A DNA stretch of 64,000 nt, from assembly GCA_033762915.1 (NCBI GenBank), contig JANRLD010000078.1:9550-73549 (forward strand), in the 5' to 3' direction. This DNA is from Meiothermus sp. (GTDB taxonomy: Bacteria > Deinococcota > Deinococci > Deinococcales > Thermaceae). The notes below the pieces were generated by a model. That model worked only from the letters and a program-made list of their open reading frames with translations. It was not told the origin of the DNA and did not search any database. Below, one piece after another: positions 40,617 to 50,756 of this stretch; position 1 is the first letter of the stretch; each line of letters begins with the position of its first letter. A program made the translations under genes and the position numbers.

Positions 40617-41648
40617 ATGGCCCTCGAGCCCGCCACAAAAACCCCGCTGCTCTCGCTGAGCCCCGAGTCCCTCCCCGGCGAGGGCTACCGCAAGGGGCAG
40701 ATCGCGGGCTGGCTGTACCAGAAGGGGGCCGCCGACTGGGAGGCCATGACCGACCTCCCCAGGGCCCTGCGTACCCAACTGGCCAGCGAGTACCGCATCT
40801 GCGAGTTCGCCTCGGTTAAACCTTTCGAGAGCCAGGACGGCTCGGTGAAGTACCTCTACACCCTACACGACGGCAAGCAGACCGAGGCCGTCTACATGCC
40901 CTATCTAAACCGCAGAACCATCTGCATCTCGAGCATGGTGGGATGCCCCGCCGGGTGTACGTTTTGCGCCACCGGAAAGATGGGCTTCGGGCGCAACCTC
41001 ACCGCCGCCGAAATCCTAGACCAGATCCTCTACGCCTCGCTGCACCAGAAGCACTCGCCGCGTGAAATCCGCAACGTGGTGTTGATGGGGATGGGCGAGC
41101 CGCTCCTCAACGTCGAGCAGGTCTTCGGCGCGATCGAGCGGATACTGCACCCGCAGGGCCTGGCCATGAGCCCCCGGCGGGTGACCCTCTCCACGGTGGG
41201 GATTCCCAGGGGCATCTACAAACTGGCCGAATCCGACCTCGAGGTACGCCTGGCCCTCTCGCTCCACGCGCCCGACGACGAGACCCGCCAGCAGATCATC
41301 CCCACCGCCCACCGCTACAGCCTAGCGGAGATTATGGAGTCGGTGAGGCACTACTACGCCAAGACCGGCCGGCGGGTGACGCTCGAGTACACCATGCTCA
41401 AGGGGCTGAACGACCACGACTGGCAGGCGCGGGCGCTGGGCCAGCACCTGGAGGGCCTCTCCGCCCACATCAACCTAATACCCTGGAACCCCTGGGAAGG
41501 CGCCCCCCTCGAGGGCACCCGCAAAGAGCAAATCCTGCGGTTCGCGGGGATTCTCGAGCGCCAAAACATCCCAGTATCGATCCGCTGGAGCCGGGGCCGC
41601 GATGTCGGGGCGGCCTGCGGGCAGCTGGCGCTGAAGCAACCCGCCTAA
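40617..41648 (+). CDS. rlmN: Dual-specificity RNA methyltransferase RlmN
   Basis: CISSMVGCPAGCTFCATG, MGMGEP, SLHAPD, NLIP, AACGQL. Confidence 0.96.
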   Translation: MALEPATKTPLLSLSPESLPGEGYRKGQIAGWLYQKGAADWEAMTDLPRALRTQLASEYRICEFASVKPFESQDGSVKYLYTLHDGKQTEAVYMPYLNRRTICISSMVGCPAGCTFCATGKMGFGRNLTAAEILDQILYASLHQKHSPREIRNVVLMGMGEPLLNVEQVFGAIERILHPQGLAMSPRRVTLSTVGIPRGIYKLAESDLEVRLALSLHAPDDETRQQIIPTAHRYSLAEIMESVRHYYAKTGRRVTLEYTMLKGLNDHDWQARALGQHLEGLSAHINLIPWNPWEGAPLEGTRKEQILRFAGILERQNIPVSIRWSRGRDVGAACGQLALKQPA

Positions 41649-41679
41649 GCGATGAAGAGGACAGGAAAAACCGCAGCCA

Positions 41680-42786
41680 TCACGCCTTTTCTTTGCTCTC
41701 TTCCCTCTCCTCTTTCCCCGCGTGTTTTTCCGCTCGCCAGATCAGCAGCCCAAGCCCCGCCGCCATAAACACCAGCGCCCCGACCACGCCCCAGCCGATG
41801 AGGGGGTCGGGGATGCGGGCGAAGCCAGCCGGGATCAGGTTGGAGCCGGTGGTGCCCATGTAGAAGATATAGGGGATGGCAAAGGGGCCGATCTGATTGC
41901 GGGTGAAGGTGTAAAGGGTGGGGAAAGTTGGGGCGACCAGGAAACCCAAAAGCGGGAACAGCCAAACGGTAGCGCTCGAGAAATAACACAGTCCCACCGC
42001 CACGGCCGAGACGTGCAGGATCAGCAGGCGACGCAGCGGGTCGGGCGCGATGAATGGCCCCAGCACCAGGCGGCCCACCGTCAGCCCCACCCAGTACAGC
42101 GAGAGCAGTACGCCCAGCGTGCCCACACTGTAGCCGAGGGTCTGCAGGTAGACCCCGGTGAAGCTCGAGACGATGATCTCCACCGAGACGTAGGCCAGCA
42201 CAGCCAGCAGCAGGAAAGTGAGCAGACGGAACCCCATCCCCCTGGCGGGCGGAGCCTCTTGGGTCTGCGCCCTGGGCGAGCCCCACAACAACGCCACCGT
42301 CACCAGGGCCAGCAGCGCGAACAGCAGGTATGCGGTGCGCCAGGGCAGCCCCACCACCAGGAGCGGGGCCACCACCGCCCCCAACCCAAAGGCCGCGTTG
42401 ACCCGGCTGAGCACGGTCAGGTTGCCCGCGTTCAGTTCGAGGGCCACCGCGTTGGCGTTGACATTAACCACCATCACCGCAAACCCCGCCAGCAGACCGC
42501 CCGCCAGTACGACCGTAAACTGAGGCGCGAGGGCTATAAGCAAGAACCCGACCACTTGCAGCCCGACACTCAGCGGTAGCCAGGGCTGACGCACCCGCAT
42601 CCGGCTGCCCACGAGGGTGCCCAGCAGACCACCCACAAACACCAAGTTGAAGTACCACGATATTTCGCCCTCAATTCCAAAATCCGCCCGCCAGAACGGC
42701 AGCGCAGCCCCCACGCTAGCCCCCACGATTCCGCTCATCATCAGGGCGAAGGCGGTGCCGAGGGTGAGGCGCCGGGCGAGGGTCAC
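41680..42786 (-). CDS. MFS transporter (fucose-permease/TsgA-like)
   Basis: About 12 TM; NAAFGLGAVVAP, YVSVE, YWVGLTVGR, APTFPT. Confidence 0.8.
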   Translation of the reverse strand: MTLARRLTLGTAFALMMSGIVGASVGAALPFWRADFGIEGEISWYFNLVFVGGLLGTLVGSRMRVRQPWLPLSVGLQVVGFLLIALAPQFTVVLAGGLLAGFAVMVVNVNANAVALELNAGNLTVLSRVNAAFGLGAVVAPLLVVGLPWRTAYLLFALLALVTVALLWGSPRAQTQEAPPARGMGFRLLTFLLLAVLAYVSVEIIVSSFTGVYLQTLGYSVGTLGVLLSLYWVGLTVGRLVLGPFIAPDPLRRLLILHVSAVAVGLCYFSSATVWLFPLLGFLVAPTFPTLYTFTRNQIGPFAIPYIFYMGTTGSNLIPAGFARIPDPLIGWGVVGALVFMAAGLGLLIWRAEKHAGKEEREESKEKA

Positions 42787-43002
42787 GCAGGCATTCTAAA
42801 TCGTTTTACCGCTGTTCCCACATATACCTGGAATCCAGAGACTTGGCCCTGCGGAAACGGGTGGGAATCGTTGGAGACAGTGCAAGAGCGTTTTAGAGTT
42901 GCAACCCTAACGCCCACACTGCCGATAAGCCGGAAACTGTGGGAGCTAGAGTAGCTCCCACGTCTGCCCTCAACGACTACATTAAGCCAGCAAAGGTCTG
43001 CC

Positions 43003-43173
43003 AAGTGTCTCCATAGTTGGAGTGCAAAATGTAGCCCGCCAGCTCCCGCAGGGAATTGCGCCTCGGGTAGCCGCTCCGCGGCTATGGCGCACGCCACTCC
43101 GCCCTGGGTAGCCGCTCCGCCCAGGCACATATTTTCCCTATCCGCCGATTCTGCACTTCCACCCTGGCGCAAC
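43003..43173 (-). repeat. Dispersed repeat, family B (long copy)
   Basis: Inverted homolog of 23420-23572 with an internal GGGTAGCCGCTCCGC duplication. Confidence 0.85.
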
Positions 43174-43217
43174 GTAGACGGGCGAAGTCGGCGTTGGCTT
43201 GTCCTCGCACAAACGCG

Positions 43218-43276
43218 GGCGCAATTCCCCACGGGTGTTTCGGGGCAGCAGTCTGCGCTTAAACCACAGCAACACC
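43218..43276 (+). repeat. Degenerate family B core
   Basis: GGCGCAATTCCC..GGGCAGCAG..AACCAC, similar to the 21845 copy. Confidence 0.6.
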
Positions 43277-43358
43277 TAGGGGGTAAAAGAACCCCAACAC
43301 GACAGCGAGTTAAGCCCTTCCCATAAAACAAAAACTGGGTTTTGTTAGGTGCAGTTAG

Positions 43359-44636
43359 CTAGAGCAGCTTGGTGACTGATTTCTTGCTCGAGACCATCTC
43401 GGGGGCGGGAGAAATTTCGGCCTCGAGGCGGCCCTCGAGCTGGCGCAGCCACTGGCCCACCAGTGCACCCCAGCTATAGTGGGTCTCGATGTGGTGCCGC
43501 CCGCTCTGGCCCATCCGGGCGGCGGCCTGAGGGTCGGCGGCGGCCCGCTCAATCATGTCGGCGATGCCCTGCACGTCCTCGGGCGGAACCACGAGACCGG
43601 CCCCGATCTGCTGCACCAGCCGTGCACCTTCGCCCTTGCCGCTGTAGAGTACCGGCTTGCCCGAGCTCATGGTGGCGAAAATCTTGGCGGGGCGGGTGCC
43701 TTCGAACAGCGGGGAGTCACGCAGGGTGGAGAGGCCCGCCAGGCTGAAAGAGAACAGGCGGGCGATGTAATCGGGCTGGGCGGGCGGCAGGAAACGCACG
43801 TTGGCAAGGTTCATTTCCTGGGCCATCTGCACCAGCTTGGGCTTTTCCGAGCCGTCGCCGATAAAGACCAACTCCACACTAGGGTCGCGCAGTCGCTGGG
43901 CGGCCTGAAGGGCGAACTCGATGCCGTGGGCATAGCCGTGGGTGCCGGCGTAGAGGATCACCTTCTTGCCCTCGAGGCCCAGCTCACGGGCCAGGGCGAG
44001 GTCGGGTTCTTTGGGCCGGAAGACGCGGGTATCTACCCCGTTGGGCAGGTAGAGCACTTTTTCTGGCGACAGGTTTTTCTTCTCTAAGAGCACCTTGTGG
44101 ATACCCTCGGTGACCGCGTTAACGTAGCGGGAGTGGCGGTAGCTCCAGCGCTCGAGCCACTCCGCCCAGCGCAGTAATGGGCCTTCTTTCATAAGGCCAA
44201 GCTCCCGAACCGAGTCGGGCCATAGGTCAGCCACGTTGAAGATCATCGGAGCGCCGAACCACTTGGAGGCCAACCATCCGGGGAAGCTCAGGAACAGTGG
44301 CGGCGAATCAACGAAAATGAAGTCGGGGCGCTGAGAGCGCAACAGCCCGATCAGCGACGTCAGTACGAAGCTACCGTAGCCGATCATGCGCTTCAGGCCC
44401 GCACCCATCGCCGGGTACATCCAGACCCGGTGAACCTTGCAGCCCTCCCAGGTTTCGGTTTTGTAGAAGACCCCTTTGTACTCGGGGAAGATCTTGCCCT
44501 GGAGATGATTGGGCACGGCAGTGACGACCTCCACCTCGTGACCCAGTTTTGTCAGCTCGCGCACGGTAGCCGCGATACGCACCTGCGACGCACCGATCTC
44601 GGGGGGAAAGTATTGGGTGAGAAAGAGGAAACGCAC
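43359..44636 (-). CDS. Glycosyltransferase family 4 (WbuB-like)
   Basis: TQYFPPEIG, SPPLF, DLWPDS, PNGVD, YAGTHG, P.KIF..M..GKPV. Confidence 0.9.
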   Translation of the reverse strand: MRFLFLTQYFPPEIGASQVRIAATVRELTKLGHEVEVVTAVPNHLQGKIFPEYKGVFYKTETWEGCKVHRVWMYPAMGAGLKRMIGYGSFVLTSLIGLLRSQRPDFIFVDSPPLFLSFPGWLASKWFGAPMIFNVADLWPDSVRELGLMKEGPLLRWAEWLERWSYRHSRYVNAVTEGIHKVLLEKKNLSPEKVLYLPNGVDTRVFRPKEPDLALARELGLEGKKVILYAGTHGYAHGIEFALQAAQRLRDPSVELVFIGDGSEKPKLVQMAQEMNLANVRFLPPAQPDYIARLFSFSLAGLSTLRDSPLFEGTRPAKIFATMSSGKPVLYSGKGEGARLVQQIGAGLVVPPEDVQGIADMIERAAADPQAAARMGQSGRHHIETHYSWGALVGQWLRQLEGRLEAEISPAPEMVSSKKSVTKLL

Positions 44637-44943
44637 GCTGCAATGGTAGCCTGAGGCGAAATACCGATTAGGGTTTTTTGACCTAATTGGAATCTATCCA
44701 GGTGTACCTCTCTAGCCCCTTTGTTATCTATTAGTTTCTTCATTACAGATGTTTCTGTATTCTAATTATCACAATTCAGGAACTTCCTCTATTCGTTACG
44801 TTACGTAGCTCACTGACGTCAGGAATGGGTTTTTCTGCGTATCTTTTTGTGAAACCTCGCGTAACGGTGTAACGCAATCTGTGCGTTAGTCACAAGGTAA
44901 TGCGTGCCCACCTTGTAGGTTGGAGCTTATGGGTGGCATACAT

Positions 44944-46848
44944 ATGCGCGCAAAACAAGCTCGTTTCGTGATAGACCTTTTCTTATGGACGATAGCCGTA
45001 CCCCTGGCTTATCTCATCCGTCTCGAGGGTGACAACCTTACCCAACATCTAGGGGCCATGACAGTTTGGGCCCTCGTAGGCATACCGATCAAGGCAGTAC
45101 TGATCTACTTGTGGGGGCTGCACCGTCAGGTCTGGGTCAAGACCAGCATCCGCGACCTCTGGACGCTGATGCAGGTGGTGGGCCTGGGAGCCCTAACCCT
45201 GACCAGCCTGGCGTTCGTGGTAGGTGACTACTTCGACGTGCCGCGCAGCGTGCCCATGATGAGCGCGATGGTGTCTCTGGGGATGATGGCACTGGTGCGG
45301 GTGGTAGCCCGACTTTGGGACGAGCGCCGCCAGCTGCTCAAGGTGCCCACCCACATGGGAAAGCGAATTCTGATCATCGGAGCGGGCGACGCAGGCACCC
45401 TGCTGGCCAGAGAGATGCTGCGCCACCCCGCCTCGGGGCTGGTTCCGGTAGGCTTTCTCGACGACGAGCCCGGCAAGCGTGGGGCCAAGATCGGCGGCCT
45501 GCTGGTATTGGGCGCGCTATCAGAGTTGGAAAAGGTCGCAGAAAAAACCGGGGCACAGGAGATTCTGATAGCCATGCCTTCCGCACCGGGCAAGGTGGTG
45601 CGTCAGGTGGTAGATCAGGCCCAGAAGATGGGCTTAACCCAGCGTACCATGCCCGGACTGCATGAGATTTTGTCGGGAAAAATCTCCCTATCTCACCTGC
45701 GCCAGGTCAACCTCGAGGATCTTCTACGCCGTGACCCCGTCAAGCTCAACACCGCTGAGATCGCCCACTACATCGAGGGCCGCACCGTGCTGATCACCGG
45801 TGCGGGCGGCTCAATTGGCTCGGAGATCGTGCGCCAAGTCTGCCGCTTCTCACCCCGGCGGCTGGTGTTGGTGGGACGCGGCGAGAGTAGCGTGTACCAG
45901 ATCGAACAGGAGATCAAGCGCCGCTTCTCCCACATCCCTTACGTGGCTTACATCGCCGATGTACGCAACTCGGCCAAGCTCGAGCAGATCTTCGACGAAA
46001 CCAAGCCGCAGGTGATTTTCCACGCTGCCGCCCACAAGCACGTGCCGTTCATGGAGGCCAACCCCGACGAGGCGGTGTTCAACAACGTCGGCGGCACACT
46101 TAACCTGGTGAGGCTGGCCCTGCGCTACGGCATCGAACGCTTCGTGAACATCTCCACCGACAAGGCTGTCAACCCTACCTCGGTGATGGGAGCCTCTAAG
46201 CGGGTGGCTGAGTATGCGGTCAACTGGGCATCGGAACGGGCCGCGCCGGGTCAGTCCTTCGTCTCGGTGCGCTTCGGCAACGTACTGGGCAGCCGGGGCA
46301 GCGTGGTGCCGCTGTTCCAGGAGCAGATTAAGAACGGTGGCCCCATCACCGTCACCCACCCCGAGATGACGCGCTTCTTTATGACTATCCCCGAAGCGGC
46401 CCAGCTAGTGCTGCAAGCGGGCGGCCTAGGCGAGAATGGTAGGGTTTACGTGCTGGACATGGGAGATCCGGTAAAGATCGTGGACCTGGCGCGAGACGTG
46501 ATCCGCCTATCCGGACTGACCCCCGACGAGGACATCAAGATTCAGTTCTCGGGCATGCGGCCCGGCGAGAAGCTCTACGAGGAGTTGCTAACCGACCAGG
46601 AAGGCACCGGGGCCACCCATCACCAGCAGATATTCGTGGCCAAGAGCGGCCAGACCGCCGAACTGTTCGATCTGTACCTCGAGAGCCTCTTCGACGCAGC
46701 CCGCAGCGCCAACTACCCCAAGATCCGCGAGCTGTTTCTCCAGCTCATCCCCACCTATAGCCCCCAGAACCACAGCGCCCCCAAGGTCTATGTGCCTACC
46801 GCCGGGAAACATCCAGCGACCAAGCGGGTTAACAAGACGACCAACTGA
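44944..46848 (+). CDS. Nucleoside-diphosphate sugar 4,6-dehydratase (CapD/WbpM/PglF family)
   Basis: N-terminal TMs, GAGGSIGSE, HAAAHKHVP, STDKAV, MGASK, RFGNV, RPGEKLYEE. Confidence 0.93.
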   Translation: MRAKQARFVIDLFLWTIAVPLAYLIRLEGDNLTQHLGAMTVWALVGIPIKAVLIYLWGLHRQVWVKTSIRDLWTLMQVVGLGALTLTSLAFVVGDYFDVPRSVPMMSAMVSLGMMALVRVVARLWDERRQLLKVPTHMGKRILIIGAGDAGTLLAREMLRHPASGLVPVGFLDDEPGKRGAKIGGLLVLGALSELEKVAEKTGAQEILIAMPSAPGKVVRQVVDQAQKMGLTQRTMPGLHEILSGKISLSHLRQVNLEDLLRRDPVKLNTAEIAHYIEGRTVLITGAGGSIGSEIVRQVCRFSPRRLVLVGRGESSVYQIEQEIKRRFSHIPYVAYIADVRNSAKLEQIFDETKPQVIFHAAAHKHVPFMEANPDEAVFNNVGGTLNLVRLALRYGIERFVNISTDKAVNPTSVMGASKRVAEYAVNWASERAAPGQSFVSVRFGNVLGSRGSVVPLFQEQIKNGGPITVTHPEMTRFFMTIPEAAQLVLQAGGLGENGRVYVLDMGDPVKIVDLARDVIRLSGLTPDEDIKIQFSGMRPGEKLYEELLTDQEGTGATHHQQIFVAKSGQTAELFDLYLESLFDAARSANYPKIRELFLQLIPTYSPQNHSAPKVYVPTAGKHPATKRVNKTTN

Positions 46849-46860
46849 TCGGCTGCAATA

Positions 46861-46900
46861 AAGACGCCAGGCGCGACAGTGCGCCCGGCGTCTTCCTTTT
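46861..46900. terminator. Probable bidirectional intrinsic terminator
   Basis: AAGACGCCaGGCGC..GCGCcCGGCGTCTT hairpin between convergent genes, with T- and A-rich flanks. Confidence 0.65.
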
Positions 46901-46913
46901 GACTCTCGATCGA

Positions 46914-47276
46914 TCAGCTCACAAACTCTACCAGGGCGAGCTGCGTGCCGTCGCCCCGGCGGAACTCGGCCAGCTTGAGCATGCGGGTGTAACCGCCGGA
47001 GCGCCCGGCGTACTTGGGGGCAATCTCCTCGAGCAGCTTCTTGGCCAGTTTGGCGTCTTGCAGGTCGCGGAAGACCAGGCGGCGTGCGGCCAAGTCACCG
47101 GCCTTGGCAGTGGTGATGAGCTTGTCCATGTAGCCCACCAGCTCCTTGGCCTTGGGGATGGTGGTCGTGATCCTGCCGCTCTCGGAGAGCAGCAGGTTTT
47201 TGGCCATGTTTCGGAACAGCGCCACGCGGTGGCTGCTGTTGCGGTTCAGCTTTCTTCCAGATTTCTGGTGACGCAT
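46914..47276 (-). CDS. rplQ: 50S ribosomal protein L17
   Basis: [21 protein letters not shown]. Confidence 0.98.
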   Translation of the reverse strand: MRHQKSGRKLNRNSSHRVALFRNMAKNLLLSESGRITTTIPKAKELVGYMDKLITTAKAGDLAARRLVFRDLQDAKLAKKLLEEIAPKYAGRSGGYTRMLKLAEFRRGDGTQLALVEFVS

Positions 47277-47378
47277 AACGCTCCTTCGGAGCGAGAGGAA
47301 GGGGGAAGGAGGGAGAAACCAGAGGACGCGACCTAAAGGCCTTCTGTTTTCTCTTTCCTCTTTCCTTTTCCTCCGCCT

Positions 47379-48362
47379 TTAGTCCTTCATTACCAGCCCG
47401 TGCTGGGCGAGGCAGTCCTTGATCTCTTGCAGGCTGCGGTCGCCGATACCCGGAACCTTCTTCATCTCGCGCTCGGAGAGGGCCAGCAGGCTCTCAACGG
47501 TCTCGATACCTTCTTCCTTGAGGTTGTGCAGCACGCGGGTGGTGAGGCCGAGATCCTCGAGGGTCAGGCCCACGCCGCGGGGCTGGGCGGCTGCCGCAGG
47601 CATCGCGGGGGCTGCCGTGGGAACGGGCGTGGCGACCACCGGCGCGGCCACCGGGCGGCTCTGCTCGAGGCGCAGCACCGGGCTCTGGTCGAAGAAGCCG
47701 AGCTGGTCGCGAAGGATGTTGACCGACTGCTGGAGGGCCTCCATCGGGCTCACCGAGCCGTCCGTCCACACCCGCAGCGTGAGCTTGTCGAGGTCGGTAC
47801 GCTGCCCCAGGCGGGTGTCCTCCACCTGGTAGGCCACGCGGCGCACCGGGCTGTAGAGGGCGTCCACGGGAATCGAGGAGATCCGATCCTTGATGCCGTG
47901 CTTCTCGGCGGGGACGTAGCCGATGCCCTCGTCTACCCGCACCTCCATCACCAGCTTGCCCTTGTCTTCTAGGGTCGCGATGTAGAGGTCGGGGTTCATC
48001 ACCTCGGCGTCGGGGCCGGTCTCGAGATCTCTGGCGTAGATGGCCTTCGGCCCTTGGGCGCGCAGGGTCAGGGTCTTGGGGCCGGAGCCGGGGTTGTGCA
48101 GCTTGACGACCACTTCCTTGAGGTTGAGGATGAGCTGGATGGCGTCTTCCTTCACCCCGGTGATGGTCGAGAACTCGTGCAGCACGTCCTCGATATAGAC
48201 GCTGGTGACGGCGGTGCCGGGAATGCTCGACAGCAGAATGCGGCGCAGCGGGTTGCCCAACGTCACGCCGAAGCCCCGCTCGAGCGGCTCGAGCACGAAC
48301 TCGCCGTAGTTGCCGTCAATGCGGGCGTTGAACACCGGGGCTTTGGTCTTGGTGGTTTCCAA
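47379..48362 (-). CDS. rpoA: RNA polymerase alpha subunit
   Basis: EPLERGFGVTLGNPLRRILLSSIPG; TTG start with GGAGG RBS. Confidence 0.98.
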   Translation of the reverse strand: METTKTKAPVFNARIDGNYGEFVLEPLERGFGVTLGNPLRRILLSSIPGTAVTSVYIEDVLHEFSTITGVKEDAIQLILNLKEVVVKLHNPGSGPKTLTLRAQGPKAIYARDLETGPDAEVMNPDLYIATLEDKGKLVMEVRVDEGIGYVPAEKHGIKDRISSIPVDALYSPVRRVAYQVEDTRLGQRTDLDKLTLRVWTDGSVSPMEALQQSVNILRDQLGFFDQSPVLRLEQSRPVAAPVVATPVPTAAPAMPAAAAQPRGVGLTLEDLGLTTRVLHNLKEEGIETVESLLALSEREMKKVPGIGDRSLQEIKDCLAQHGLVMKD

Positions 48363-48448
48363 GGTTCCTCCTTCACAGAGCTTGTGGCTCGTGGGTCGTG
48401 GCGTGTGGAGCAGTCTGCTACAGGCCACAGGCCGCGAGCCACCGGCCC

Positions 48449-49066
48449 CTAGCGCGAGTAGAACTCGATAACGAGCTGTTCGTTGACGGGCAGGCTGAGC
48501 ATCTCGCGGTCGGGGACGCGCAGGAACTTGCCGGTCATGCTGCCGCCGTCGAACTCGATCCAGGGAAAGCTCTTGCGATTCTTGAAGCGCTCCACGTTTT
48601 GCACGATGAAGTCAATCTTCCTGCCCTTCTCCGACACCTTGATCTCTTCGCCCTGACGCACCTGGTAGCCGGGAATGGTGACCCGCTTGCCGCCCACCAG
48701 GATGTGCCCGTGGCGAACGAACTGCCGGGCCTGGCGGCGGGTGGAAGCGATGCCCATGCGAAATACGATGTTGTCGAGGCGGCTCTCGAGAAGTTGCAGG
48801 AAGACGGTACCAGTCACCCCGCTCTTGCGGCTGGCCTCCTCGAAGAGGTTACGGAACTGGGTTTCCGACACGTCGTAGATGAAGCGCAGCTTCTGCTTCT
48901 CGCGCAGACGCACCGAGTAGTCGGAGGGACGCCCCTTGCGGCGCTGGCCGTGCTGGCCGGGGCCGTACTGGCGGCGATCCATGTACTTCTGAACCTTCTC
49001 GGTCTCGGCGACGTTCACGCCGAGCTGGCGTGAAACTTTTACAATCGAACCACGTAAACGACCCAT
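48449..49066 (-). CDS. rpsD: 30S ribosomal protein S4
   Basis: [28 protein letters not shown]. Confidence 0.98.
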   Translation of the reverse strand: MGRLRGSIVKVSRQLGVNVAETEKVQKYMDRRQYGPGQHGQRRKGRPSDYSVRLREKQKLRFIYDVSETQFRNLFEEASRKSGVTGTVFLQLLESRLDNIVFRMGIASTRRQARQFVRHGHILVGGKRVTIPGYQVRQGEEIKVSEKGRKIDFIVQNVERFKNRKSFPWIEFDGGSMTGKFLRVPDREMLSLPVNEQLVIEFYSR

Positions 49067-49283
49067 TTATTTCTCCTCTGGCAGAGGAGCGTCAAAGGTC
49101 GAAGGTCGAAGGTCGAAGGTCTTTTTGACTTTCGGCGTTCGGCTTTCGGCGCAAGACGCTCAACCGGGTTCCCAAGGTCTGGGTAGCGAAGCAGGGAACC
49201 AAAGTTTCGCTACCGCTCTACTGGCCTTTAGCGGCTGGCTTATAGCTTCTAGCTAAGGGCTAACCGCCAATTGCTAAGCGGGA

Positions 49284-49688
49284 TCAGACCGCCAGCTTGC
49301 GGAACTTCTTGCGCGGGCGGCAGCCGTTGTGGGGCAGGGGGGTGTCGTCGACGATGGAGCGCACCTGAAGGCCCGAGGCCTGCAAGGCACGGATGGCCTG
49401 CTCGCGGCCCGCGCCGGTGCCGCGCACTACCACCTCGACGTTGCTCATCCCGAAGCCCTGGGCCTTCTTGGCGGCGTCCATGGCGGCGAGCTGGGCGGCG
49501 TAGGGGGTGCCCTTACGGCTGCCCTTGTAACCGATCACCCCGCCCGACGACCAGGTGACGGTGTTGCCGTCGGTGTCGGTGATGGTGACGATGGTGTTGT
49601 TGTACGAGGCGTGGATAAACACCCTCCCCGCGTTTACGGTCTTCTTGACCTTCTTCTTGGCCCTCGGCCCAGCTTTCTTCTCAGCCAT
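49284..49688 (-). CDS. rpsK: 30S ribosomal protein S11
   Basis: [23 protein letters not shown]. Confidence 0.98.
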   Translation of the reverse strand: MAEKKAGPRAKKKVKKTVNAGRVFIHASYNNTIVTITDTDGNTVTWSSGGVIGYKGSRKGTPYAAQLAAMDAAKKAQGFGMSNVEVVVRGTGAGREQAIRALQASGLQVRSIVDDTPLPHNGCRPRKKFRKLAV

Positions 49689-49875
49689 ACTCTCCATCCT
49701 TCGGCCTTTTCAGGCCCGGCCCCTATGAAACTACTGCGAGGGGCCTTTGCGGAGTCTCAACTGGCGTGTACACGATGCGCTAACCTGCTGTGCTTGGTCG
49801 GGCATCTACGTTCCAGCTTTGTGGTATTCGGCCCTTAGCGGTTTAGCTTCTGGCCTTTAGCTAACAGCCCATTGC

Positions 49876-50256
49876 TTACTTGCGCGGTGCCTTCTTCTTG
49901 CCAGCCACGGTCTTGCGGGGGCCTTTGCGGCTGCGGGCGTTGGTGCGGGTGCGCTGACCGCGAACCGGCAGGCTGCGGCGGTGGCGCATCCCACGGTAGC
50001 AGCCGATGTCCATCAGACGCTTGATATTGCCAGCCACTTCGGCGCGTAGCTCGCCCTCGAGCTTGTAGGTGTTTTCGACGTACTCGCGCAGCTTGGCGGT
50101 GTCGGCTTCGCTCAAGTCCTTGACACGGACCGCCCCATCGATACCGGTGGCGGCCAGGGTCTCCTTGGCGCGGTGGTTGCCGACGCCGTAGATATAGGTC
50201 AGGGCGATGTCCACGCGCTTGTTGCGGGGGATTTCAACTCCAGATATACGGGCCAT
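49876..50256 (-). CDS. rpsM: 30S ribosomal protein S13
   Basis: [23 protein letters not shown]. Confidence 0.98.
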   Translation of the reverse strand: MARISGVEIPRNKRVDIALTYIYGVGNHRAKETLAATGIDGAVRVKDLSEADTAKLREYVENTYKLEGELRAEVAGNIKRLMDIGCYRGMRHRRSLPVRGQRTRTNARSRKGPRKTVAGKKKAPRK

Positions 50257-50273
50257 TCATTCACCTCCTTTTT

Positions 50274-50387
50274 CTAGCCTTGACGCTGCTTGTGGGTGGG
50301 CTCTTCACAGATGACATACACGCGACCGTGCCGCTTGATGACCTTGCACTTGTCGCACATCTTTTTGACCGAGGTACGGACTTTCAT
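50274..50387 (-). CDS. rpmJ: 50S ribosomal protein L36 (Zn-ribbon type)
   Basis: Not in ORF track. [37 protein letters not shown]. Confidence 0.97.
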   Translation of the reverse strand: MKVRTSVKKMCDKCKVIKRHGRVYVICEEPTHKQRQG

Positions 50388-50507
50388 GGTTTTCTCCTTC
50401 GGAGAGTGGTCAGAGGTCAGGGGTCGGTGGAAAGCTCTGAGCGATGAGTCATGAGCTTTTTGGTTTATCCTCTGTTCTCTTCCCTCTTTCCTCGCCTTTC
50501 TTCAGAA

Positions 50508-50726
50508 CTAGCGCCGGTAAACAATCCTTCCCCTGCTTGGGTCGTAGGGCGTGATCTCGACCACCACCCGGTCGCCGGGGAGGATGCGGATGTAGTTCAT
50601 GCGCATCTTGCCCGAGATGTAGCAGAGGATTTCCGGGCCGTTGTCGAGCTGCACCCTGAACGTGGTGTTGGGCAGCGCCTCGGAGATGTACCCCTCGGCG
50701 CGAATGGTGTCTTTTTCCTTGGCCAA
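50508..50726 (-). CDS. infA: Translation initiation factor IF-1
   Basis: [29 protein letters not shown]. Confidence 0.98.
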   Translation of the reverse strand: MAKEKDTIRAEGYISEALPNTTFRVQLDNGPEILCYISGKMRMNYIRILPGDRVVVEITPYDPSRGRIVYRR

Positions 50727-50756
50727 AAAAATCCTCCTGATGGGTTAAGCGGCGGA

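Noticed and set aside
42783..43331. 182-aa ORF sharing AERLPEAQFP with the ORF at 23421
   Set aside because: Translation of the family B DNA repeat; atypical composition
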